Notes: generated by a model not told the origin, from the letters alone. A DNA stretch of 64,000 nucleotides from an uncultured candidate division Zixibacteria bacterium (GCA_963702205.1 OY969724.1:64001-128000), one strand, 5' to 3'; positions 47,573 to 58,759 are shown, counted from the stretch's first letter. Numbers and translations are program-made.

Positions 47573-48502
47573 TCACGGAACAAGCCATACAGCGCAATCT
47601 GACGCATTAATAAGGATATATCGGGAAACACTGCCCATGAAGAAAGCATTGTCGACACCTCTTCTTCCGATAATCAATGTACCGCAGCCTTCCTTTTTTG
47701 CATTTTCAACTATGGTTCTACCTACGCTCCATTTACTTTCTACGTCCCATATTCTAATCTGATTCTCGCTCAGGCCGGCGTCGATAAACTTCTTCTTTGC
47801 GTGCGTATAAAAACTGTCTACGCATTTCTTATCACCACTTGTAATGACGTCCTCTATATCATCCGCCTTTTCATCAAATTCAATAGTACAGTAATCTCTG
47901 AGTTTCGGGGTTACATGCATAAGGCAAATTTGAACCTCGGTGTTCCCTGAAAGCATGAGAGCTGCATGGTCAACAGCCTTTAAGGCGCTTTCGGAACCGT
48001 CCACAGCCACCATGATCTTTTGTGTTTTAATATTACCACCGACAGCCCACACGGGGGTAGTGTCAGTGTAATCCAGCACGTTATTGGCGATACTGCCTGT
48101 AAAGGCTTCAGCCAGTTTTGACGTCCCTCTGTCACCAACTACAATTGCATCACAAAGTGCCTGTTTGGCATAATCAAGGATTCCTTTTGCAGTACCTTTT
48201 AATACAGGAAGGGATACCTTTTCGATATATTTTTCATCGATCCCTGATTTCACCATTACCTCCATGGAGTCATTCAGTATTTTCATTGAATTTTCTTTGT
48301 TTTTATTAACTAGTTTATTAAGTGCCGAATGTGTCTTTGGATCTATCTTAGACTCTTTAATGAGAAATTCAGATATCTTGGGTTGGATATTGATAAGAAT
48401 ATAACGCATATTTTTTACAAATGAACACATATCGATACAATATTCGATAGCTTTTCTGGAATGAATGCTTCCATCAACAGCAATCAGTATTTTCTTTTCC
48501 AT
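47573..48502 (-). CDS. Tandem universal stress protein
   Basis: Two USP domains (ILIAVDGS / IMVAVDGS; G.RG......GS). Confidence 0.92.
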   Translation of the reverse strand: MEKKILIAVDGSIHSRKAIEYCIDMCSFVKNMRYILINIQPKISEFLIKESKIDPKTHSALNKLVNKNKENSMKILNDSMEVMVKSGIDEKYIEKVSLPVLKGTAKGILDYAKQALCDAIVVGDRGTSKLAEAFTGSIANNVLDYTDTTPVWAVGGNIKTQKIMVAVDGSESALKAVDHAALMLSGNTEVQICLMHVTPKLRDYCTIEFDEKADDIEDVITSGDKKCVDSFYTHAKKKFIDAGLSENQIRIWDVESKWSVGRTIVENAKKEGCGTLIIGRRGVDNAFFMGSVSRYILINASDCAVWLVP

Positions 48503-48646
48503 GGCTATTTCTCCTTGGTAGTCCTCATTATTCATGCTTTAACAGATTCGGTTGTAATAATTACAGAATTGAAACCTTAAACTATCGAAAACAGTCACAT
48601 TGTGTCAATATAAAAGGGCTGTCGACATAAAATGTATTGAGCAGGT

Positions 48647-49645
48647 TCATTCTTTAAATGCAACAATAGCAGCGCCCAGCAATGGTGCATTATTGTTAAG
48701 GATTATATTTACGGGTATTTTCTCCATCAGCCCGGAAAACCGGCCTTTATTTTTAAAGGAATTCATGAAAACATCCTCTTTGAATCTCCACATGAGCTTT
48801 GGGGGTATGCCTCCACCGATGTATACTCCTCCTTCTGTCAAACCGGTAAGGGCAAGATTCCCGGCAGCAGCCCCCAGGATCGATAAAAAAATATCTATCG
48901 TCTTCAGGCACAGTTTCTGGCCTTTTTGAGCTGCTGTTTCATTAATCACCTTTGCAGGATCATCACTTTTTATTTTTTTTGAAAGCCACATCGGCTCATT
49001 GTATTTTCCTGTGGATTTCAGGTAATTATAAATATTAAGCATCCCGATCCCTGAAATAATCCTTTCAATGCTTACATGTTCGTATTCTTTCCACAGGTCA
49101 TTTAAAAGTCCTGCCTCCAGCTCATTGCCGGGAGCGAAATCAACATGCCCTCCTTCGGACGGAACCGGGATATATCCGCCATCACTGTAGATCAGGAGCG
49201 CCTGGCCAAGGCCGGTCCCGGGGGCTATCAGCGAAATATTCCCATTTTTTTGAGGTCGTGACTTATTAAGAATATAAATTTCTGATCCGGTTAAAAACGG
49301 CACTGATGCTGCCATTGCGCTTAAATCATTAATAAGTTTTACTTTTTCCATCCCGAATGTTTTTTTTATCCTGTTAGCAGAAACATCCCACGGCAAATTC
49401 GTTGTCCTGCTCCTGCCGTTTTCAACAGGCCCGGCAATACCGAAACATGCCTTATCAATTTTGAAAGGATATTCTGAAAGAAACAGATCAATGATATCCT
49501 CAAGCCCATTATACTCCCTGCTGGGATAGCTGTTAAAACGCTTGAGAAGAGGACGCCGTTTCCCCTTTATAAAAATACCCAGATTAGCCTTTGTCCCGCC
49601 TATATCTCCGGCAAGGATATATTCTTCTTTTACCGCCATGTTCAT
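48647..49645 (-). CDS. glk: Glucokinase
   Basis: LAGDIGGTK, GIAGPV, LIND, APGTGLG, SEGGHVDF, GGVYIGGGI. Confidence 0.95.
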   Translation of the reverse strand: MNMAVKEEYILAGDIGGTKANLGIFIKGKRRPLLKRFNSYPSREYNGLEDIIDLFLSEYPFKIDKACFGIAGPVENGRSRTTNLPWDVSANRIKKTFGMEKVKLINDLSAMAASVPFLTGSEIYILNKSRPQKNGNISLIAPGTGLGQALLIYSDGGYIPVPSEGGHVDFAPGNELEAGLLNDLWKEYEHVSIERIISGIGMLNIYNYLKSTGKYNEPMWLSKKIKSDDPAKVINETAAQKGQKLCLKTIDIFLSILGAAAGNLALTGLTEGGVYIGGGIPPKLMWRFKEDVFMNSFKNKGRFSGLMEKIPVNIILNNNAPLLGAAIVAFKE

Positions 49646-49882
49646 ATATTGTACCTGTACCTGGATGAAGTTTTCAGCAGTCAGCTACCGGCACTCAGCT
49701 GATTGACTGATCTTAGTGTTTTTTTCACTGATCCGCCTTTGCAAAATGCTATGGCGGGACATGAAGCTGAACGCTGATGGCTTAGAGCCAAAAACGTAAG
49801 TTTCTGTATGAACACTAATCAATATGTCCAGCTAAATCAATAGAAAGCAGTAATTCCCGGTTATAAAATTGCACTCGCTGCT

Positions 49883-50129
49883 GTTAAGAAAAATTATATA
49901 TGCGACCTCCATTGGCGTTGATCCGGCAAAGGCATCATTTTTCAGGACGGGATCGAACTGACTCGGTACATGTGTTTTATTTTTAAGGATTATGTACTTG
50001 AAGTTCTCAAAACGACAAAGCCTGTAATCCTTAAAAATCAAAACCATAGCAGGGCGAGGTTCGTATATGTTTTCGGGAAAAGCGGCATCACCGGAACTTC
50101 ATCGCATCCATTAAATGCAATTTCTTAAC
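49883..50129. repeat. Foldback dispersed element, copy 2
   Basis: TTTTTAAGGATTA...TAATCCTTAAAAA central IR, GTTAAGAAA/TTTCTTAAC outer IR; homologous to 9185-9510 in opposite orientation. Confidence 0.7.
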
Positions 50130-50268
50130 CGGAAATTACTGAATAGAAAGATTTATCACCCTAATTTGACTTTTTCTTAGATTGTAACTATGTTAGTCGA
50201 AATATTCGTTACCGATGATTCCCCGGTCAGGAGATCATCGGTTTTTTTTAACAGACAAAGGAGATATC

Positions 50269-50811
50269 ATGAATATTAAAGAAAAGGTTTTTGTGGCATT
50301 TGATTACTGCCTTACTCTGGACTCAGGAGAAGAGGTCGATAAATCACCCGCGGGTCAGCCCCTTGGTTTTATTACAGGTACTGGTCAGATAATCCCGGGC
50401 CTGGAAAAAGAGATGATGGGCATGTCAGTGGGCGACAGCGTTAAGATCAGCGTTGAGCCTGAAGATGCCTATGGACCTGTCAATCCCGAACTGTTTCAGG
50501 AAGTTAAAAGAGAACAGTTTCCGCCTGAGATGGAGATAAAGCCTGGCATGACATTCAGGTCTGAAGGACCGCAGGGACAAATGATCATAAATGTCTCGGA
50601 AATAAAAGATAAAGATACAGTAGTAATTGACCTTAACCATCCCCTTGCAGGTAAAAGACTGCACTTTGATGTTAATATAGCCGAAATTAGAGACTTGACT
50701 CCCGAAGAGGCTGCCGGCCTTTCCTCCGGATGCGGCTGCGGTTGCGATTGCAGTTCGGAAGATACAGAGTGCGGTTCAGGCGGCTGCGGATCCGAGGGCG
50801 GGTGCTGCTAA
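50269..50811 (+). CDS. slyD: FKBP-type peptidyl-prolyl isomerase SlyD
   Basis: GQIIPGLE, PEDAYG, DLNHPLAGK.LHF, Cys-rich tail. Confidence 0.93.
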   Translation: MNIKEKVFVAFDYCLTLDSGEEVDKSPAGQPLGFITGTGQIIPGLEKEMMGMSVGDSVKISVEPEDAYGPVNPELFQEVKREQFPPEMEIKPGMTFRSEGPQGQMIINVSEIKDKDTVVIDLNHPLAGKRLHFDVNIAEIRDLTPEEAAGLSSGCGCGCDCSSEDTECGSGGCGSEGGCC

Positions 50812-50858
50812 CCCCTCCGTGGTATACTAAATAAAATTATTTCAGAGTCTGCTTTTGT

Positions 50859-52757
50859 ATGGCTGTTTTAAGTTTGCAGGATGTAACCATCGGTTTTGGA
50901 GGCCCCCCTCTTCTGGACAGGATTAATCTTCAGGTGGAAAAGGGCGAAAGGGTCTGTATATTGGGGCGGAACGGTGAGGGTAAGACCACACTTCTCAAAC
51001 TGATAGGTAGTATTATCAAACCCGACAGCGGTTCAATATCAGTACAGAAAGGTAATTCCGTTTCAGGACTTTCTCAGGATCTGCCCGATACCCTGACCGG
51101 CACTGTTCATCAGGTTGTTGCCGGTGGTTTTACAGAAGCACAGGGACTTCTCCTGGAATACAGCAGGCTTTCAAAAAATATTTCAAAGGATAAGGACGAT
51201 TCTGCCCTTGATAAGATAGCCGTAATTCAGGAAAAGCTTGACAGATCAGGTGGATGGGAGATCGGTAGCAGGGTTGATGAGGTAATTTCCAGACTTTCTC
51301 TTGATCCTGAGTTAACATTTGAATCTCTATCCGTGGGATTTAAGCGCAGGGCCCTTCTTGCAAGGGCGCTTGTCTCAAAGCCTGACCTGCTCCTGCTGGA
51401 CGAACCCACCAACCACCTTGATACCGCTTCCATAACATGGATGGAGGAGTTTCTCGAAAAATATCCGGGGACGATCATCATTGTCACCCACGACAGGATG
51501 TTCCTTCAGAAACTCGCCACACGGATTATTGAAATAGACCGCGGGAAAATACTCAACTGGGCCTGCGGTTATACCGACTTCTTAAAAAGGCGCCAGGAGG
51601 TGCTTGGTACCGAGGAGATCCACAGGCAGCAGTTCAAACGTAAACTCGCACAGGAAGAGGAATGGATAAGAAAGGGCATTAAGGCAAGGCGGACCAGGAA
51701 CGAGGGAAGGGTTCGTGTGCTGGAAAAAATGCGTGAAGAGCAAAAGGGATGGCGATTAAAATCGGGCGTTTCAAAGATAAACATCCAGGATGGCCTGGCA
51801 TCCGGCAAGCTGGCTATTGAGGCCTCGGATATAAGCCACAGCTACGGCGAAAAGACTGTGATCAGGGATTTTTCCACAAAGGTTATTCGTGGTGACAGAA
51901 TCGGTGTAATAGGCCCGAATGGAATAGGCAAATCAACGCTTTTAAAGATACTGCTGGGAGAAATTAATCCTGACAGGGGCATTGTAAAACATGGAACCAG
52001 GCTTGAGATCACATATTTTGATCAGCTTAGAGAGCAACTGGATGAGAATGCCACTGTGCAGGCTAATATAGCTGACGGTAAAGACACTGTAATAATTAAC
52101 AATGTTGCGAGGCATGTTATAGGCTACCTGAAGGATTTTCTGTTTACCCCCGAAAGGGCAAGAAGTCCGGTCCGGGTCCTCTCGGGTGGAGAACGAAACA
52201 GGCTCCTTCTTGCAAGGCTTTTTACCCGTTCTTCCAATCTTCTGGTGCTGGACGAGCCTACCAATGACCTTGATATGGAAACACTGGAACTGCTGGAAGA
52301 ACGATTGCTTGAATACAGTGGGACAATCCTCCTGGTGAGTCATGACCGCGCGTTTCTTAACAACGTTATAACCAGTACTATTGTATTTGAAGGAAATGGG
52401 GATATTTCCGAATATCCGGGCGGATATGATGACTGGCTCCTTCAGCGGCCCGAACCGGCACCCGGAGAGAATGCAGATAAACCCGCCAGGCAAAAGAAAG
52501 ATCGCCCGAAAAAGGAGCAGCCCCGCAAACTTACCTTTAAGGAAAACCGTGAACTCGAGGGCCTGCCCGGTCTGATAGAAGATCTCGAACAGGAGCAGAA
52601 AAATCTGTTTGATCAGATGTCTGATCCTGAATTTTATAAAAAATCCGGCGAAAATATATCAAAGATAAAATCAAGGCTGGAAGAACTGAAGGTTTTGCTG
52701 GCTTCCTCATATGACCGGTGGGAAGAACTTGAAACTATAAGAGAGACAGCATCCTGA
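50859..52757 (+). CDS. uup: ABC-F family ATPase Uup
   Basis: Two ABC domains, WIRKGIKARRTRNEGRVR linker, C-terminal coiled coil RWEELE. Confidence 0.93.
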   Translation: MAVLSLQDVTIGFGGPPLLDRINLQVEKGERVCILGRNGEGKTTLLKLIGSIIKPDSGSISVQKGNSVSGLSQDLPDTLTGTVHQVVAGGFTEAQGLLLEYSRLSKNISKDKDDSALDKIAVIQEKLDRSGGWEIGSRVDEVISRLSLDPELTFESLSVGFKRRALLARALVSKPDLLLLDEPTNHLDTASITWMEEFLEKYPGTIIIVTHDRMFLQKLATRIIEIDRGKILNWACGYTDFLKRRQEVLGTEEIHRQQFKRKLAQEEEWIRKGIKARRTRNEGRVRVLEKMREEQKGWRLKSGVSKINIQDGLASGKLAIEASDISHSYGEKTVIRDFSTKVIRGDRIGVIGPNGIGKSTLLKILLGEINPDRGIVKHGTRLEITYFDQLREQLDENATVQANIADGKDTVIINNVARHVIGYLKDFLFTPERARSPVRVLSGGERNRLLLARLFTRSSNLLVLDEPTNDLDMETLELLEERLLEYSGTILLVSHDRAFLNNVITSTIVFEGNGDISEYPGGYDDWLLQRPEPAPGENADKPARQKKDRPKKEQPRKLTFKENRELEGLPGLIEDLEQEQKNLFDQMSDPEFYKKSGENISKIKSRLEELKVLLASSYDRWEELETIRETAS

Positions 52758-52795
52758 TATAAAAAAATGATTTCACATATTGTTCTGTTTCATGT

Positions 52796-52813
52796 TGTTT
52801 CAATAATGAAACA
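52796..52813. promoter_or_regulatory. Palindromic site TGTTTCA-N4-TGAAACA (candidate activator or autoregulatory site)
   Basis: Perfect 7-bp arms; extra TGTTTCA half-sites nearby and upstream of tmcD. Confidence 0.5.
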
Positions 52814-52972
52814 TAGATAACCTGTTATAATTACTTCAAATAATACCCCATTATTGACTTTTGCATGTTTCATGCATAGTATCTTCCTGTTTGAGATAAA
52901 TTCCGGTGGATTAATTAAAAGATATAGCCATGCCTTAACCGTTTTGTAAAGTCTATATATGTATTACCTCTG

Positions 52973-54691
52973 ATGAATAAAATGTACTTTCCTAAAGATC
53001 CGGAGAAACCGGAAAACCCCGGCGAATTACTCGAAGGCGATGGCGTGATAGCTATCTCTCCTGACCTGAGAGTAATGTCAGCGAATTCACAGGCAGAAAT
53101 GATTTTAAAAAGGTCTTTTAATCCGGGCCGGGACTTTAATCTTTCAGATATTATAACCCGGCAAACCCTGCCGGATATTGAAAGGGCCCTTGAAGAGGTC
53201 CTTTTAAATGGGCATCCCCGGGAAAATCTTGAGGCTGTGCTCGAAAACGGATCAATAGCATTGAACCTTTCTGTAAACCCGATCCTTGATCCAGATAAAA
53301 AGATAATCGGTGCAATACTTGCATTCAGGTGCAAAGGCCCTGGTTTAGCCCTGCCTGAAACGGAAGACGATAATCTTTTTGTTGGATATGACACGCTTTT
53401 CGATCAAATGGCAGAAGGTGTTTTCACGATAAACAGCCGCTGGAAGATAACTGCCTTTAACAGGCGCGCACAGGAAATAACCGGTTTCAGCAGTGAAGAA
53501 GTGCTTGGTAACTATTGCTGGGAGATCTTCAGGAGCGACCTCTGTAAAAGCAACTGCCCCTTAAAGAGATCTATTGAAACAGGCACTGCATGTATGGACC
53601 AGGATATCCGTATAGTTGTAAAGGACGGCAGGAGCCAATCGATACTGGTAAATACATCGGCTATCAGAAACAACAATAACCGCGTTGTAGGGGCCATCGA
53701 GACATTCAGGCTCCTGACCTCAGCGAATGAAGAAAATGATATATCAACTGAAAGCCGCAAAAGTATGAACGAAATAATCGGGCAGAGCGCCCCTTTAAAA
53801 AAAATACTTCGTTTGCTGCCCGATGTAGCGGCTTCAGAGGCATCGGTAATTATTGAAGGAGAGCCGGGGACTGGCAAGGAACTCATTGCAAGGACCATAC
53901 ATCAGCAGAGCAAAAGATCCGGCGGACCTTTTATTTCTGTCAACTGTTCCGCGATTTCCGAAAACCTCCTTGACTCGGAATTATTCGGTCATGCCAAAGA
54001 CGCCTTTACCGGTGCGGTGAATGCCAGGGTAGGCAAGCTGGAACTTGCAAAGAACGGCACTCTTTTCCTTGATGAAATCTGTGACATCAAACCGGAAACA
54101 CAGATAAAGATGCTTCGCGTGCTTGAGGAGCGCGTCTTTGAAAGGGTTGCCGGGATCAGGACCATACCGATGGATACACGCATCATTGCGGCCACCAATA
54201 AAAGCCTGGCTGTCGAGGTGAGAGAGGGCCGGTTCAGGGAAGACCTCTATTACAAGCTTAGAACAGTACCTATCTATCTTCCCCCGTTAAGGGAAAGAAA
54301 ATCCGATATCCCCCTTCTCGTGAATCACTATATTGCAAAATTTAATAAAAAATTCGGTAAAAAGGTCAAGGGGATAGACACGAAGGTACAAAAATTATTA
54401 AACCAGTTTTCATGGCCCGGAAATATCAGGGAGCTTGAAAGGATACTGGAATATGCCTTCGTATTTGTAAAGGGGCCGATAATAACCTCTTTGCACCTGC
54501 CTGAGACAGGTAAAAACACCCTGACTGCCAGGCCGGAACGCCTTAACAGCTCTTATCTGTGGGAGGAGGAAAAGCTTACCATTGAAAACGTCCTGAAAAA
54601 AACAAACGGGCACAGAGATGATGCCGCAGGGATACTTGGTATCAGCCGGACTTCTCTCTGGAGAAAAATGAAGGCTCACGGACTTTTGTAG
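52973..54691 (+). CDS. PAS-domain sigma54-type (NtrC/Fis family) transcriptional activator
   Basis: Two PAS domains, GEPGTGKE, DAFTGA, FLDEI, FREDLYY, WPGNIREL, HTH GISRTSLWRKMK. Confidence 0.93.
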   Translation: MNKMYFPKDPEKPENPGELLEGDGVIAISPDLRVMSANSQAEMILKRSFNPGRDFNLSDIITRQTLPDIERALEEVLLNGHPRENLEAVLENGSIALNLSVNPILDPDKKIIGAILAFRCKGPGLALPETEDDNLFVGYDTLFDQMAEGVFTINSRWKITAFNRRAQEITGFSSEEVLGNYCWEIFRSDLCKSNCPLKRSIETGTACMDQDIRIVVKDGRSQSILVNTSAIRNNNNRVVGAIETFRLLTSANEENDISTESRKSMNEIIGQSAPLKKILRLLPDVAASEASVIIEGEPGTGKELIARTIHQQSKRSGGPFISVNCSAISENLLDSELFGHAKDAFTGAVNARVGKLELAKNGTLFLDEICDIKPETQIKMLRVLEERVFERVAGIRTIPMDTRIIAATNKSLAVEVREGRFREDLYYKLRTVPIYLPPLRERKSDIPLLVNHYIAKFNKKFGKKVKGIDTKVQKLLNQFSWPGNIRELERILEYAFVFVKGPIITSLHLPETGKNTLTARPERLNSSYLWEEEKLTIENVLKKTNGHRDDAAGILGISRTSLWRKMKAHGLL

Positions 54692-54729
54692 TAAAACCAC
54701 CCCTGTGATTGAACTGTTTGAAACAAATT

Positions 54730-54747
54730 TTGTGAAATATTTTACAT
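54730..54747. promoter_or_regulatory. Rex-like operator
   Basis: TTGTGAAATATTTTACAT versus consensus TTGTGAA-N4-TTCACAA (two mismatches), upstream of tmcD. Confidence 0.45.
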
Positions 54748-54988
54748 GCGAACTTAATCAATTAAATTAATTGGTTAAATTGTTTTATGGTAAATATTTA
54801 TGCTGAATATGTTGCATCTGTTTCACATTTTTTGTTGCTTTATTCGGATATTATTCCTATAAAAAGCCGTTATATCAGGATAGGATCGTTATATTCCTAT
54901 GATTGAATAAATATAAAAAACTCCCGGCAGATTCACTGAAAGATTTATATTTATCTGCCGATGTAATCGATAACATACGGAGACAATT

Positions 54989-56233
54989 ATGGCTGATGTT
55001 AAGGCATGGGATTGGATAGATACTAACAAAAAAATACCATTCCGGGAATGGGAAGATCAATATGAATGGGTTGAAGAACCATATGTAAGTCCTGACGGAG
55101 AAAAAATAGCCGCGATAGTCAGAACAGAAGATGAAGAATTTAACGTCTGTGTCAACGGTGAACCATGGGAGACCCCCTTTGAAAAAATATATAACCTGCG
55201 ATTCGGCCCTGACGGCAGACTTGTCGCGCTTGTTTCCCAGGATATGGAATGGACCGTTGCGATTGATGGAACCCCGTGGGAAAACAAGTTCGGATTCGTC
55301 TGGAACCTTATGTTCAGCCGGGACGGCGCCCATATTGCTGTGGCATGCGAAATGGACATGGAATATGTTGTGACACTTGATGATACATCCTGGGAAAATA
55401 CATTCCCCAGCATCACAAATATAGTAATGAGCCCTGACGGGGCGCAGACCTCCGCAACAGTACAGACCCAGCCTTTAGATGCGGCTGATATAGAAAAATA
55501 TAGAGAGGGCATATATACGGCCGCGCCAGGCGGAAATCCATGGGAAAAATCATTCGTAAATGTCTGGCAGAATGTCTTCAATCCTGACGGGAAAAGAGTC
55601 GCAGCCGATATCCGGTTAAACAGATTCGAATACACTATTGCAGTTGATGGAGAAAGATGGAACAGGACGTTCCCGATGGTATGGGAGCCAAGCTTTAATC
55701 CGGTATCCGGAGAAGTTGTTGCACCTGTCCAATCCGGAGGATGGACACTTGCAAATGAAAACGGCCCCATATGGAAATCAAGATTCAAACAGGTGTGGAA
55801 CCAGCAGTTCAGCCCGGATGGTAAAAAACTGGCGGCTATTGTTGCTCCTTCCTTTGGAAAATGGACCATAGCTGTTAACGACCAGGCCTGGACAACACAG
55901 GTTGGGGATCTTATCACCGACATGACCATAAGCAGTGACAGTAATAGAATTGCTGCGGTTATAAAGGATCAGGGCAAGTGGGGAGTTGTAGTAGATGACA
56001 AACCCTGGGGCATTGACTTTGATATGGCGTGGAAACCGGTATTCAGCTTGGAAGGAAACCATGTTGCCGCAGCCGTTGAGAAAAATGGCAAGAAATATAT
56101 TATTCTTGACGGAGCTCTTCTTCCCACGCCGTATGATCAGTTGTGGTCACCTGTTTTTAATGAAACGGGCAGAAAATTACTGATTAAAGCAATGATCGAT
56201 GGAGAGTATAACCGGATTATTCATATATTATGA
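54989..56233 (+). CDS. tmcD: Tmc complex subunit TmcD
   Basis: Trp-rich repeats (SPDG..IAA, W...F..VW); first gene of the tmc operon. Confidence 0.85.
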   Translation: MADVKAWDWIDTNKKIPFREWEDQYEWVEEPYVSPDGEKIAAIVRTEDEEFNVCVNGEPWETPFEKIYNLRFGPDGRLVALVSQDMEWTVAIDGTPWENKFGFVWNLMFSRDGAHIAVACEMDMEYVVTLDDTSWENTFPSITNIVMSPDGAQTSATVQTQPLDAADIEKYREGIYTAAPGGNPWEKSFVNVWQNVFNPDGKRVAADIRLNRFEYTIAVDGERWNRTFPMVWEPSFNPVSGEVVAPVQSGGWTLANENGPIWKSRFKQVWNQQFSPDGKKLAAIVAPSFGKWTIAVNDQAWTTQVGDLITDMTISSDSNRIAAVIKDQGKWGVVVDDKPWGIDFDMAWKPVFSLEGNHVAAAVEKNGKKYIILDGALLPTPYDQLWSPVFNETGRKLLIKAMIDGEYNRIIHIL

Positions 56234-56296
56234 TAAGATTTAAAATATTTAATATTATTTTGAAAGCAATGCACTTACTATTTTACGGAGATAATA

Positions 56297-56956
56297 ATGG
56301 ATAGTGTTTATATGTTCCTCACAGGTCCAATGATGTGGATCTGTTTTGCTGTTTTTATAATTGGTGTAATTTATCAGGTTTACCGGCTTTACAGCCTTAC
56401 CAAAAAAAAGGAACCCTTCATATTTTCCTTTATCAGTCTTAAATACGGGTTGAGATCCATCTGGCACTGGATCATACCGTTTGCATCTACCAACATGCGG
56501 GAACAGCCGGCAATGACAGTCGTAGGATTTGCGTTTCATGCGTCCCTGATCCTGGCACCGATCTTTCTTGTGGCCCATATCGTACTCTTGAATGACGCAT
56601 TTAATATCAGTTACTGGGCGCTGCCCAATATTGTTGCCGATGTTATGGCTGTTATGGTTATTGTCGGGGGTGTGTTTTTTCTGGTACGAAGGATAGCCAG
56701 ACAGGAAGTACGTTTTGTCACTTCTATTTCCGATTATGTTCTGCTCCTGGTAGTTGTACTTCCTTTTATTACAGGATTATGGTCAGCTTATCAATTCCCA
56801 GGGTATTCCTATGCACTCCTTGTTCACATTATCAGCGGGCAGATAATGCTCATGGTAATTCCTTTTACCCGTTTGATACACATGATTTTCGGAGCATTTT
56901 CACGTGCATATACAGGCTCCGAATTCGGCGGAGTTCGTTTCGCCAGAGACTGGTAA
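56297..56956 (+). CDS. tmcC: Tmc complex membrane cytochrome b subunit TmcC
   Basis: NarI-like: GP..W, FH, AH, HI.SG...IPFTRL.H, GSEFG. Confidence 0.87.
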   Translation: MDSVYMFLTGPMMWICFAVFIIGVIYQVYRLYSLTKKKEPFIFSFISLKYGLRSIWHWIIPFASTNMREQPAMTVVGFAFHASLILAPIFLVAHIVLLNDAFNISYWALPNIVADVMAVMVIVGGVFFLVRRIARQEVRFVTSISDYVLLLVVVLPFITGLWSAYQFPGYSYALLVHIISGQIMLMVIPFTRLIHMIFGAFSRAYTGSEFGGVRFARDW

Positions 56957-57033
56957 AGGTATTATCAAGACAATGACATCCTGGAATTTGCAATAATAAA
57001 AAAATAAAAAGTCCGGTACGACAGGAGAAACAC

Positions 57034-58365
57034 ATGGACGAAGCAATAAAGTCAGCAGAAAAGACTAATCAAATATTAGATGAAGGAATGGCCAGAGGAA
57101 TAGAAAGACTCACTCCTGACAAAATAGAAGCAGTCATAAACCAGGTCCTCAAGGGAGAAACCGGTACAAGGTTCAAGATGTATATCAATACCTGTGTGCA
57201 TTGCGGGCTTTGCTCCGAGGCATGCCATTTTTATGTTTCAAACGATAAGGACCCCCACTGGTCGCCGGTAGGAAAAGTAAAACAGACCATATGGGAAATG
57301 ATCAAAAAGAAAGGGAAGGTATCTACTGATTTTTTAATAAGGGCAGCCGAAGTCGCCCATACCGAATGCAACCTGTGTAAAAGATGTTCCATGTATTGTC
57401 CGTTCGGTATCGATATAGCATACATGATGCTGGTTGTCAGGAGAATCATCCATAAACTCGAGATGACCCCCCTTTATATCCAGGACACTGTCAACAGTCA
57501 TGCAGCCACTATGAACCAGATGTGGGTAAAGGAGAATGAATGGGTCGATACCCTTCAATGGCAGGAGGACGAAGCCAGAGATGAAATTCCTAAACTGAGG
57601 ATACCCATTGAAAAGGAAGGGGCGGATATTATGTATTCGGTTATCGCCCCCGAACCAAAATTCCAGGCAGGCCTCATATATCAGGCTGCTGTTTTGATGA
57701 ATGTAACAGGAGTAGACTGGACAATGCCGGCAACACCCGGATGGGATAACAGTGACATGGCCATGTTTACAGGTGACAATGAAATTATGGCCAGACTCAC
57801 ACGAAAGCATTTTGAAACGGCAGCAAGACTTAAAGTTAAAAAAATAGTAATGGGCGAATGCGGGCATGCCTTCCGTTCTGTTTACGACATGGGAAACCGT
57901 GCCCTGAGCTGGAGGATGCCTCCGATTCAAATGGTTCATGCTATTGAGTTTTATTATGATCTTTTTAAGGCAGGAAAAATAAAATTAGCAAAAAAATACG
58001 ATAAACCGGTAACTCTTCATGATCCGTGCAATGTTGTAAGAGGCAGAGGTCTTCACGAAAAGGCCAGATATGTTGTAAATCAGCTTTGTGACAACCTTGT
58101 GGAAATGCATCCTAACCGCGAGCTCAATTACTGCTGCAGCGCAGGAGGCGGAGTGATCAATTGCGGCCCTCCATATAAAACAAAAAGGGTCTTAGGCAAC
58201 AGGATTAAAGCGGAACAACTGGAGGCTACCGGGGTTCCCGTGGTTATTGCGCCGTGTCACAATTGCCACAGCGGTCTTGAAGATATCGTACACTATTTTG
58301 AAGTGGACATGGAAGTAAAGTTCATAATTGATATTCTGTACGAGTGTTTAGATAAAGGAGAATAA
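57034..58365 (+). CDS. tmcB: Tmc complex Fe-S/CCG subunit TmcB
   Basis: CVHCGLCSEAC, CNLCKRCSMYCP, ECGHA, HDPC, CCSAGGG, PCHNC. Confidence 0.9.
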   Translation: MDEAIKSAEKTNQILDEGMARGIERLTPDKIEAVINQVLKGETGTRFKMYINTCVHCGLCSEACHFYVSNDKDPHWSPVGKVKQTIWEMIKKKGKVSTDFLIRAAEVAHTECNLCKRCSMYCPFGIDIAYMMLVVRRIIHKLEMTPLYIQDTVNSHAATMNQMWVKENEWVDTLQWQEDEARDEIPKLRIPIEKEGADIMYSVIAPEPKFQAGLIYQAAVLMNVTGVDWTMPATPGWDNSDMAMFTGDNEIMARLTRKHFETAARLKVKKIVMGECGHAFRSVYDMGNRALSWRMPPIQMVHAIEFYYDLFKAGKIKLAKKYDKPVTLHDPCNVVRGRGLHEKARYVVNQLCDNLVEMHPNRELNYCCSAGGGVINCGPPYKTKRVLGNRIKAEQLEATGVPVVIAPCHNCHSGLEDIVHYFEVDMEVKFIIDILYECLDKGE

Positions 58366-58366
58366 A

Positions 58367-58759
58367 ATGGAGATAAGAATCTCAATTCTTATTGCAATAA
58401 TATTAGTGCTCATATTGGGGTTCAGTGCATCAGGCAGTAATCAGCGAATCACCTTTTTAGACAGAACTGTATTTGAAAACCCGAAGGAACCGACCTCTGT
58501 TTTTGGTCATGACTCTCATTATCTGGATCAGGGTATTGAATGCAATGAATGCCATCACGTGTATGAAAACGGTGTGCTAGTAAAAGGTAAAAGCTCGGAA
58601 AACAAAAGGTGCTCCGAATGCCACCCTTTAAAACCTACAAAAGATGAAAAGCTTACATTGATGAAGGCATTCCACATGAGCTGTCAGGGTTGTCATGAGA
58701 AAAAAAAGGAAGGGCCTGTTATGTGCGGGAACTGCCATAAGAGATATAACCGTTTTTAA
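58367..58759 (+). CDS. tmcA: Tetraheme cytochrome c3 TmcA
   Basis: Signal peptide and four CxxCH motifs (CNECH, CSECH, CQGCH, CGNCH). Confidence 0.87.
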   Translation: MEIRISILIAIILVLILGFSASGSNQRITFLDRTVFENPKEPTSVFGHDSHYLDQGIECNECHHVYENGVLVKGKSSENKRCSECHPLKPTKDEKLTLMKAFHMSCQGCHEKKKEGPVMCGNCHKRYNRF

